Shown here piece by piece: positions 45,998 to 54,462 of a DNA stretch of 64,000 nucleotides (the stretch's first letter is position 1; every line of letters begins with the position of its first letter). Below the pieces are notes generated by a model. The model saw only the letters and a program-made list of their open reading frames with translations. It made no database searches and was not told where the DNA came from. A program made the translations under genes and the position numbers. Where the stretch lies: the sequence record LC680885.1. One strand, 5' to 3'. The DNA is from Staphylococcus phage S6.

Positions 45998-48733
45998 ATG
46001 AAGATTAAAAGATTAAAGTTAAAGAATTTTATCGGTATTTATGCTGGTATGGGATTAAAAGAAGTTGAAATTGATTTTAGTAAAAGTAAAAATAATATGA
46101 TTATGCTTCTTGGAGATAACGCTTCAGGTAAGACGACAGTTATGTCTAATCTTAATCCATATAGAGAAACTAATGATCAACGTAAAACTATAGTATTAGA
46201 AGATGAAAAAGGTATAAAAGAGATTGATTATATTAAGGGTAATGATGTTTATGAAATTAAACATCATTATGGTAAAAACAGTTCTCAAAATAAATCATTC
46301 ATTAAGAAAAATGGTGAAGAACTTAATGAAAATGGTGGTATTAAATTATTCAATGAAATAGTAGATAAAGAATTAGGTGTATCTAAAGAATACTTTACTG
46401 TAGGTCGTTTAGGCGATAACGTATCAAACTTCATTGACTATACTACAGGTGATCGTAAATCATATATCAATAAATTTGTACCTAATATTGATAGATACTT
46501 AGAAGCTTATAAAGTAGCTAATGAGAAATTAAAAATTATTACTAAAGATTTAAAATCACTTAGATTTGATTTAGACAAATATAAAGAATTTGATGAAATC
46601 AAAAAAGAAAAAGAGAATTTAGAAACTTTAATTGATCAATTACAAAATGAACTTGATGAAGCTAATAAAGATAAAACAACTCATGAAACTAAAATGAATT
46701 CTATCATGGAAGATAAGTACAAAGAGATTCATCCAACTGAATATAAAAATCAATTAATTAATGAAATTAATGAACTTAATCAAGAATTAGAAAAAGAAAG
46801 AAAGTTAAAAGAAGATAATGAGAATTTAAATAAATATACTATTGAATCCGCTAATGAGAAAAAAGATAAAATAGATACTATATTAAATAATACTAATAAT
46901 GAGTTGACTTCTGTTGAAAAAGATAAAGAGAATAATCAAGATAAATTAGATGATTTAATCAGTAGAAAATCTAAAATAGAATCTCGTATGAATGCTATCA
47001 AATTTAATGAAGATTATGATGCTTCTGATGAAATTGATTCAATTCTTGAAGGATATAAAGAAGATTTAGAAGGTATTAAAGATGATGTAGATATTTCTAG
47101 AGGGTCTTTTGTAAGTGAATTCGGTTTACAAATTAAAGATAATATTAAAGAGGATTCATTAAGATTATATGTAAATGATTTAATTTCTAAGGTAGATAAT
47201 TTTAAAGAATTTATTAATGATAATGAATTTAAATATGGTTCTATTCGTGGAGATTTTGAAAGTGAAATTAAAGATAATAATGAAAAAATTTCTATGAACC
47301 AGAATGAATTTAATGAAATTAATACTAAGCTTAATCAAATTAAAGGCAAATCAGACTTATTAAAAATATTAGATCAAAAAGATCATGATCACTATAATGA
47401 ATGTGTATTTGTTCCTTTAGTAGCTGACTTTAAAGACAATGAATTTGATTCAATCTCTGAATTAGAAAATAAAGGTAATCAACTTTATAAAGATAATCAA
47501 GAATTAGAAAAAGATAATAAATTATTATCTAATCATATTGACTTATTACGTAAATTTAATGACATACTTACTAGTAGAAATAGTTTAATTGAATATATTG
47601 GTTTTGAAATGATTGATATTGATAGTATTGAAGAAATATTTACAAATGGTAATACATTCTCTAGTGAACTAAATAGACTTAATTCATTAATTGAAAAGAC
47701 AAATGAAATTCGTACTAATGAAACTAATAGAGATAAATTGACTATTGAATTAGAGAGAAAAGAAAATGCTCTTAAAGAAGATTATTCTAATAAGAAAATA
47801 TTAGATCAATATAAAGAAGATAAAGAAGATTTAGTTAAACAAATTGAAGAAATTAAAAATAAAAATAATGAAATTTCTGAGAATCTTAATTATCTTAATG
47901 GTCGTAAAGAAAAAGCAATTACTAACTTAAATATTATTAATGAATTTATTAATCTAACAGAGAGATCTGAAGAAATTAAATTAAAAATGAAAGATAAAAA
48001 TGATATAGTTGATGACATTGATAAGGATCTTTCAAAATTAAGTAATTTATATGAACTTAATCAAAAAGCAGACAATAAAATTCAATCTATTAAAGATAAT
48101 TTAACTATGAAGAAAAATGATTTAGAATCTACTAAAGAAAAATACTTTGCAGTTAATTCTATTATTACTAAGATTGATGAAATTGAATCAGTGTTATGGA
48201 AATATAATATGGTGGTAGATTCATTAAATCCTAAGAAAGACTCTATACCATTAATATTCATTACTAATTATCTTAAAGATATTGCAGTAAGTACTAATGA
48301 ATTACTTTCAGTTGCTTATAATAATTCATTTAAAATTGACTTTGACTTAACAGATAAAGATTTCTTTATTAATGTGTATAAAGGTAATGGAACTGAGCTG
48401 AAAGATATTAAAGAAGCTTCTCAAGGAGAAACAGCTTTAACTAATATTAGTTTATCTTTATCATTATTAAACAAAGTATCTCAAGATTATAATATTCTAT
48501 ATTTAGATGAAATGGATTCAACGTTAGATTCTAATAATAGAAGAAGATTTGTTGATGTAATTGATAGACAAATTGAATTAATGGGTCTAGAGCAAGTATT
48601 CTTAATTAGTCATAATGATGAATTCTATAGTGCTAATATTGACTTAATTTTACTTAAAGGATATGAAAGTAAAATTGATATTAATAATGAAGAAATGATG
48701 CAAGGTAAAAATGTATTATTTAAAGTAAACTAA
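45998..48733 (+). CDS. Rad50/SbcC-like recombination/repair ATPase (T4 gp46-like)
   Basis: N-terminal Walker A 'LLGDNASGKTTVMSNL'. Long coiled-coil. C-terminal signature 'ASQGETAL', Walker B 'ILYLDEMDS', H-loop 'FLISHNDEF'. Confidence 0.75.
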   Translation: MKIKRLKLKNFIGIYAGMGLKEVEIDFSKSKNNMIMLLGDNASGKTTVMSNLNPYRETNDQRKTIVLEDEKGIKEIDYIKGNDVYEIKHHYGKNSSQNKSFIKKNGEELNENGGIKLFNEIVDKELGVSKEYFTVGRLGDNVSNFIDYTTGDRKSYINKFVPNIDRYLEAYKVANEKLKIITKDLKSLRFDLDKYKEFDEIKKEKENLETLIDQLQNELDEANKDKTTHETKMNSIMEDKYKEIHPTEYKNQLINEINELNQELEKERKLKEDNENLNKYTIESANEKKDKIDTILNNTNNELTSVEKDKENNQDKLDDLISRKSKIESRMNAIKFNEDYDASDEIDSILEGYKEDLEGIKDDVDISRGSFVSEFGLQIKDNIKEDSLRLYVNDLISKVDNFKEFINDNEFKYGSIRGDFESEIKDNNEKISMNQNEFNEINTKLNQIKGKSDLLKILDQKDHDHYNECVFVPLVADFKDNEFDSISELENKGNQLYKDNQELEKDNKLLSNHIDLLRKFNDILTSRNSLIEYIGFEMIDIDSIEEIFTNGNTFSSELNRLNSLIEKTNEIRTNETNRDKLTIELERKENALKEDYSNKKILDQYKEDKEDLVKQIEEIKNKNNEISENLNYLNGRKEKAITNLNIINEFINLTERSEEIKLKMKDKNDIVDDIDKDLSKLSNLYELNQKADNKIQSIKDNLTMKKNDLESTKEKYFAVNSIITKIDEIESVLWKYNMVVDSLNPKKDSIPLIFITNYLKDIAVSTNELLSVAYNNSFKIDFDLTDKDFFINVYKGNGTELKDIKEASQGETALTNISLSLSLLNKVSQDYNILYLDEMDSTLDSNNRRRFVDVIDRQIELMGLEQVFLISHNDEFYSANIDLILLKGYESKIDINNEEMMQGKNVLFKVN

Positions 48734-48769
48734 AATTTGTTATTAAAAATTTGAGAGGAGTAGATCTAT

Positions 48770-49057
48770 TTGATTCTTAATGTTAATAAAACTTTAGATG
48801 CTAAATTGGAAAAAGAAATGCAGGATGATATTAGAACTGCATTCATTGATAGTACGTTATCACCAATCCTTTATAAAAAATTAGAAGATTTATGTGAAAT
48901 TCATGATAAAGATATAAAACTTTATTATAACCATGATATGATAGAATTTAAAGAATTAAGAAAAAGTTTGATTAGATTTTATAAAGAAAATAATTTAGAT
49001 GAAGACGAATTCATTATAAAGATTAAAAAAGAAGTTATTAAAGATACATTTAAATAG
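48770..49057 (+). CDS. small protein with family-like tail (..KKEVIKDTFK)
   Basis: 95 aa. GAGGAG RBS. Too small, and lacking motifs, to be an Mre11/SbcD nuclease. Confidence 0.45.
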   Translation: MILNVNKTLDAKLEKEMQDDIRTAFIDSTLSPILYKKLEDLCEIHDKDIKLYYNHDMIEFKELRKSLIRFYKENNLDEDEFIIKIKKEVIKDTFK

Positions 49058-49073
49058 AAAAGGACGGTTTTAT

Positions 49074-49226
49074 ATGGATAAAAAGAAATTATGGATATTG
49101 ACAGGTATAACTTTTTTAACATCTCTCACAGTAAATTTCATTATTTTATATTATAAAGATAAATATAAAATGGATGATATTGATACAGCAGAAGATCCAT
49201 TTATGAAAGGTCCATTATTTATATAA
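49074..49226 (+). CDS. small predicted membrane protein (50 aa), not in the supplied track
   Basis: ATG at 49074. Hydrophobic stretch 'LWILTGITFLTSLTVNFIILYY'. In-frame stop at 49224-49226. Followed by the hairpin terminator at 49236-49278. Confidence 0.35.
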   Translation: MDKKKLWILTGITFLTSLTVNFIILYYKDKYKMDDIDTAEDPFMKGPLFI

Positions 49227-49235
49227 TTTAAATAT

Positions 49236-49278
49236 TGCCAAACATTCTTTAAATAGAGTGTTTGGCATTTTATATTTT
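49236..49278 (+). terminator. Rho-independent terminator ('tgccaaaca..tgtttggca' + T-run)
   Basis: 9-bp stem, 14-nt loop, followed by 'ttttatatttt'. Confidence 0.5.
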
Positions 49279-49349
49279 AATTTTTTATGAAATTTAAGTA
49301 ACGATTAAATTATCAAAGTAGCAATTGAATTGAGGAGTGTTCAAAGATA

Positions 49350-51071
49350 ATGGGTAGATTTATTAAATCAACATATTTAAATAAAAAAGAGACACATTCA
49401 GGAAAAGAAAAAGTAGTAATGGTAGTTAAAGAAGAAGACGGTAATAAAAAACATATGGAAATAACTGATCCAATGATGCATTATTATGTAACTAAAGATG
49501 AACATTGGTTACCACCTAATAAAATTGTAGGTTCTATTGAAAAAGATAAAGTAAGAACTGTTACTTGTAAGCATAAAGATATTATCAAATCAGTAGTTAA
49601 AGAAGCTGGTAATGCTCAAGATAAAGCAGAATATGATAGAATTATGAAATCAGGTAATTGGCAAGAATATAGAAAATTAAAAGATTTTCATTTATTAAAT
49701 AATGCTCATGGATCTGATATTAATATAGAAGATTATAATATTAATGAGTATATTAAAAAGAATTTAGATAGTAAAGTCGGTATAGATATATGTCTATTCG
49801 ATATTGAGGTTGATGGTTCTCAAGTAACAGGCTTCCCAGATCCTGAAAAGGCTGAAGCAGAGATAAATATTATAACTGTAGTGGATTGGAGTAAGAAAAA
49901 AGTATTAACATTCGCTCTTAAATATGACACTGATACTTATAGAGAAACTATGGAAGATCAGGATAAGTTAATTAAAGACTTAAATGAAATCTATAATAAT
50001 GAAAATAGTGAAATTGGTAAAGATTTAGGTTTAGAATTTGAAATATATGAATTAGATACAGAAATGCAAGTAATTAAATCTTTCTTATACTATATTAATG
50101 AAATTAGTAAACCTGATATATGTACAGCATGGAATCTAGATTATGACTTCCCTGCAATATTTGAACGTATTAGAGCTAATGGAGAAGATCCTGCAGATTA
50201 TTTCTGTTCTAAAGAATTTGAAGATAAGAAAGCATATTATAAATTAGATAAAAACGCTACAGATATGGCTAATAGATCTTCTACATTTGAGACTAATTCT
50301 TATACTAACTGGATTGACCAATTAGCTTTATATGCAAATATTAATAAACCTAATGGTGCTTTGGAATCAGTTAAGTTAAATGATATTGGAGAAAAAGAAG
50401 CGAGAGTTACTAAAGATGTTTATGAAGGTTCTATTTCTGATTTACATTTTAGAGATTATTACACATTTATACTTTATAATATTAAAGATACTGTATTAGC
50501 TGCATTAATTGAACATAACACTAATATGTTTGATTTATTATTCTCTATTGTAGATATGACTAGAACAAGACCTAGTAAAGCACTTAAGAAAACTATTTGT
50601 TTAAGAAATCGTAGTTCAGTATTCTTTGAAAATCAAGGATACGTATTAAGTAATAACCACTCAAAATTATTATCAGATCCGAATGCAGATAAAATTCGTG
50701 GTGGATTTGTAGCAGATATGATGTTAATTGAACGTAATGGTGATACATTAGTTAAAGGTAGAGATATTAGATCTAATAGATTATTTAGTAATGTTTGTGA
50801 CTTTGACTTGAGTGCTCTATATCCATCTATTATTAGAGCATATAATATAACACCTGAAGGACATGTGGGTAAAATGAATATTCTTGATAAAGATAGAATA
50901 ACAGTGCCTAAGTATGAGGAAGATAAAGATAACTATGATTTTAATACTGAATTCGTAAGTAAGTTTAACAGTCAAGATAGTGTTGCTTTTGCTCAAGAAT
51001 TTCATGGTTTACCTCCTCTTATTAAAGCATCTGATGACATTATTAAAGAATTAGAGGAGGAAATTGGTTAA
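49350..51071 (+). CDS. Family B DNA polymerase, N-terminal half (3'-5' exonuclease domain + palm motif A) encoded as a separate gene
   Basis: Exo I 'ICLFDIEVDG'. Exo II 'AWNLDYDFPAIF'. Exo III 'YTFILYNIKDTV'. Motif A 'DFDLSALYPSII'. The ORF ends about 75 aa after motif A, and no motif B or C follows it. The next ORF starts at an overlapping ATGA. Confidence 0.75.
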   Translation: MGRFIKSTYLNKKETHSGKEKVVMVVKEEDGNKKHMEITDPMMHYYVTKDEHWLPPNKIVGSIEKDKVRTVTCKHKDIIKSVVKEAGNAQDKAEYDRIMKSGNWQEYRKLKDFHLLNNAHGSDINIEDYNINEYIKKNLDSKVGIDICLFDIEVDGSQVTGFPDPEKAEAEINIITVVDWSKKKVLTFALKYDTDTYRETMEDQDKLIKDLNEIYNNENSEIGKDLGLEFEIYELDTEMQVIKSFLYYINEISKPDICTAWNLDYDFPAIFERIRANGEDPADYFCSKEFEDKKAYYKLDKNATDMANRSSTFETNSYTNWIDQLALYANINKPNGALESVKLNDIGEKEARVTKDVYEGSISDLHFRDYYTFILYNIKDTVLAALIEHNTNMFDLLFSIVDMTRTRPSKALKKTICLRNRSSVFFENQGYVLSNNHSKLLSDPNADKIRGGFVADMMLIERNGDTLVKGRDIRSNRLFSNVCDFDLSALYPSIIRAYNITPEGHVGKMNILDKDRITVPKYEEDKDNYDFNTEFVSKFNSQDSVAFAQEFHGLPPLIKASDDIIKELEEEIG

Positions 51072-51853
51072 TGTCTATTATTATTGAAGAATCAAAAATA
51101 GTGAATAAATTAGTAATGACTTTTGAAGAAATATCTAAGCTATTCAATAATATTGTTGATGGAAGTAAGTATATTAGTTTAAATAAAAATATTATAACAA
51201 ATCATTCTAAGTCAGATGATAATCCTAATTCAGTTGAAGTGGAAATTATAGAAGATAATCCAATTTACGATTATCTTCTACCTATTGAAAATTGTGTTTT
51301 TAGTGTAGAAGACTTTATTGAAGTAAGAAAAAATAAGGGAGATAAAATTGTTAAAGTTGAATTTTTCAATGAAATCGATAATAGTGGTATTAAAATAACT
51401 AGAGAATCTGATTTAGAAACTACTATTAATGGTGATGAGTTTGATGAAGATTTATTAGATGAAGAATTAAATTATTCATTGGATGCTATTAATTATTTTA
51501 GTTCTTTTGAACCAAGTCTAAATTTCAAATTAGATAATGATAGTTTATTGGAAATTAAGGAAAGAAAACCTTCTGAGTTCTTTAAGTTTATATTCACTGA
51601 AGATGATGTTATTGTTAAAGATCCTTATTATATTTATAATGAAGAAGACTACCTTATTGATTTTAGAACTTCTAAAAAGTATTTATTAGGATTAAAATAT
51701 AAAAAGACTAAAGGAGAAACAGTTTGTCCATTAGTTAAAATAGATGTATACGCCCCAGAAACAACTGTATATAGTGAATTGATTATGATAAAATTTTCAA
51801 TTTACCAAGACAAATTTGTTGCAAAATTGAAGAATTTAGTTTATAATATATAA
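51071..51853 (+). CDS. hypothetical protein
   Basis: 260 aa. Start overlaps the stop of the polymerase N-half (GGAGGAAATTGGTTAATG). No polymerase motifs. Confidence 0.5.
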   Translation: MSIIIEESKIVNKLVMTFEEISKLFNNIVDGSKYISLNKNIITNHSKSDDNPNSVEVEIIEDNPIYDYLLPIENCVFSVEDFIEVRKNKGDKIVKVEFFNEIDNSGIKITRESDLETTINGDEFDEDLLDEELNYSLDAINYFSSFEPSLNFKLDNDSLLEIKERKPSEFFKFIFTEDDVIVKDPYYIYNEEDYLIDFRTSKKYLLGLKYKKTKGETVCPLVKIDVYAPETTVYSELIMIKFSIYQDKFVAKLKNLVYNI

Positions 51854-51917
51854 TGTGAAAAAATACTTATAAATTAAGAGAAAATTCTAAAAAGTATTGA
51901 AAAGGAGTGTTTTGAAT

Positions 51918-54362
51918 TTGGCTGATGAGAATAAAACTCAGAGAAGTATAAATAATCTCAACAGAGATATGGTCAGAGGATTAGGCGATGAAGAAAATCC
52001 TAAGAACTTATCTGACAATATAAATGATTTTGATGATAGGCTAAAAAAGATAAGACGTAAAAGTAATCATGGTAATAGTAATGGTGATATTCTATCTTTA
52101 GCATCTAAAGTAAACGGTAAAAGTAGAAATGTTAGAAAATCTAATACCGGTGATGATAAAAAAGATTTCATTAAAGATTTTATAGAAGAGAATATTGAAA
52201 ATCAAGATTTTTCATCTGAAATTGCTAGGGTGTCTAGATACGATGACTATAGAATTATAGATAAATTTATACCTGAAATATCAACAAGTATTGATGTATT
52301 CGCTACTTCTATTATTGCACCTGACGATACTTCTAAATTATCATTGATGTATCGTTATGGTGATACAAATAATAAAGATGAATCAGAAAATAAAGAAGTT
52401 TTAAATGAATTAGATAGAATTGTAAAGAAATACAATTTGGATAATTTAACATATACTTCTATCCGTGAAGGTTTATTATTAGGAGACGTATTCTATATCA
52501 TTAAAGATACTAAATCTGATTTTGAAGAAATACTTAATGAGAATGATGATGTATTAGGAAGAGAAACAAGAGAAGAACAAAAAGTGATTAATGAATCATT
52601 TATAGATCAGAATCTTAAAGAATCTGATTTAGATATTGTCATTAATGAATTTAATAATCAATTTGAAAAACCTATCAAAGATGAAGAGCAGTTAAATGAA
52701 CAAAGAGCTAATTTTAAAAATGAGATACTAAAGAGTATTAATGAAAATGTATCTTTCTTTGAAAATTCTTCTGAATTACTATCTGATATAGGTAAATACA
52801 AAGGTTCTAATGATTTACAAGCATTTTTAAATAAAGCAGATGACAAAAATAAATCTAGTAAATTAAAATCTGGTTCTGTATATTTCAGATCTGTTGAACC
52901 TGAAGATATGATTAAATTAGAAATTGATGGTATGTGTATTGGTTATCTTTATATTGAACCTGATTCTGGAACTGATTTAAGAGGTGGAGCTAATCCTCTA
53001 TTATCTGCTATGAATAATTTAATGGGAGACGGTTATCAGAAGCAAGGTCAAACAGGATCATTCTCAGGTGGTATGGGAGTTACTAACTTAGATCCTGTTA
53101 CTGGTAATGTTGCAGGAAATAATATGTCTAGTAATTCCAAAAATCCTAATTCAGGAATGAATGCTACATCTGGATCATATTATGAAAATGGAAATACTGT
53201 TATGGCGTATCAAGGTTTAGTTGATGTTATAGTTAAAGGTATATCTCAAAAAATCAATATGGACTTCATTAATAAAAATGATTCATTTAAAGATATCATA
53301 TATAGATTAATACGTAAGAATTATATTATTGAAAATGGTATTAAAATGACTTTCTTAGAAGCTGATGAAGTATTTCATCACAAATTAGACAGTCAAAAAA
53401 CTTATGGAGTTTCTAAACTTAATAAATCATTATTCTTTGCTAAATTATATTTAAGTACATTAATAACTACAATGATGGTTAAATTAAATCAATCAAGAGA
53501 TAGACGTGTATTTAGAGTTAATGCAGGTTTAGATGATGATTATGAGGGAACTGTAGAAGAAATAATTCGTAATGTAAGACAAAATGAAATGTCTACAGGT
53601 TTATTTGGTGATGGAACTTCAGTTCAAACATTGTTCAATCAAGTAGGTAACTTAGAAAACATGTACATTCCTCAAAATAAAGAAGGTACTTCACCTTTAG
53701 AAATAGATACAATTTCTGGTATCCAAGTTGATATTAATGATGAATTCTTAGAATGGCTTAAGAAATCAGTTATATCAGGTACAGGAGTTCCTTTAAACTA
53801 TATTGATGCTGAAACTGAAACTGATTATGCACGTTCATTATCAATGCAGAATAATAACTTTGTAAGACGTGTAGTTAACTATCAAAAATCTTTCGGGGAA
53901 TTCTATACTGAAGTTTTAAGAAAGCTTTACTATCTAGAAAATGTAAATAGCAAAGATAAAAAGTATAATGAAGAACTAAATAATAGACTACAAGAAATTG
54001 AAGCTTACTTCCCAGCACCTGTATTCTTAAACTTAGGAAACCTTAATGAAGAAGTTGGAGCTGTTACACAAATGATAGACTTCTTAGTTCCTTTATACAC
54101 TTCAGAAGCTACTGGTGACGAAGAAGAAGATGATAATGAAAAATTAAAACGTCTATTCCGTAAAGAATTAGTTCAACAAGAATTCATGTCTAATTTAGAT
54201 TATGATAGATACGAAGACATTATTAACAATATTAAAGATGAAATAAATAAAGATAAAAAGAAAAATGACATGGTAAATAGCAATAATGCTGATGAAGACG
54301 ATTTATCTTCTTCAGATGATTCTGAAAATAATTCAGACGATAATTTTGAGGATGATTTCTAA
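51918..54362 (+). CDS. hypothetical large protein with acidic C-terminal tail
   Basis: ORF to 54362. TTG at 51918 with AAAGGAG 10 nt upstream (track start 51897 is a GTG inside the RBS). Gly/Asn-rich insert 'GGMGVTNLDPVTGNVAGNNMSSNSKNPNSGMN'. C-terminus 'DEDDLSSSDDSENNSDDNFEDDF'. Confidence 0.5.
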   Translation: MADENKTQRSINNLNRDMVRGLGDEENPKNLSDNINDFDDRLKKIRRKSNHGNSNGDILSLASKVNGKSRNVRKSNTGDDKKDFIKDFIEENIENQDFSSEIARVSRYDDYRIIDKFIPEISTSIDVFATSIIAPDDTSKLSLMYRYGDTNNKDESENKEVLNELDRIVKKYNLDNLTYTSIREGLLLGDVFYIIKDTKSDFEEILNENDDVLGRETREEQKVINESFIDQNLKESDLDIVINEFNNQFEKPIKDEEQLNEQRANFKNEILKSINENVSFFENSSELLSDIGKYKGSNDLQAFLNKADDKNKSSKLKSGSVYFRSVEPEDMIKLEIDGMCIGYLYIEPDSGTDLRGGANPLLSAMNNLMGDGYQKQGQTGSFSGGMGVTNLDPVTGNVAGNNMSSNSKNPNSGMNATSGSYYENGNTVMAYQGLVDVIVKGISQKINMDFINKNDSFKDIIYRLIRKNYIIENGIKMTFLEADEVFHHKLDSQKTYGVSKLNKSLFFAKLYLSTLITTMMVKLNQSRDRRVFRVNAGLDDDYEGTVEEIIRNVRQNEMSTGLFGDGTSVQTLFNQVGNLENMYIPQNKEGTSPLEIDTISGIQVDINDEFLEWLKKSVISGTGVPLNYIDAETETDYARSLSMQNNNFVRRVVNYQKSFGEFYTEVLRKLYYLENVNSKDKKYNEELNNRLQEIEAYFPAPVFLNLGNLNEEVGAVTQMIDFLVPLYTSEATGDEEEDDNEKLKRLFRKELVQQEFMSNLDYDRYEDIINNIKDEINKDKKKNDMVNSNNADEDDLSSSDDSENNSDDNFEDDF

Positions 54363-54370
54363 TATTAACA

Positions 54371-54406
54371 TTTGAATAACGGATTAAATACAATTCGTTA
54401 TTCAAA
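54371..54406 (+). terminator. Hairpin terminator ('tttgaataacg..cgttattcaaa')
   Basis: 11-bp stem, 14-nt loop. Its 3' arm overlaps promoter-motif copy 7. Confidence 0.55.
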
Positions 54407-54426
54407 TTTATATTATATAAGTGTAG
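54402..54426 (+). promoter_or_regulatory. Conserved promoter-like motif copy 7 ('tcaaatttatattatataagtgtag')
   Basis: Variant of the consensus. Lies 37 nt upstream of the 54463 start. Confidence 0.4.
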
Positions 54427-54462
54427 TACATAATATTTATTTATAAGGAGAATGAATTAGAT

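Noticed and set aside
28818-51071. Split-intein or group I intron explanation for the divided DNA polymerase
   Set aside because: Halves are 18.6 kb apart and in the wrong order. No intein block A/G residues at the junction ends. No homing endonuclease ORF adjacent to either half.
51918-54362. Calling this ORF a portal protein
   Set aside because: Only size and an acidic C-terminal tail support it. No portal motifs that I can identify by eye. Left as hypothetical.
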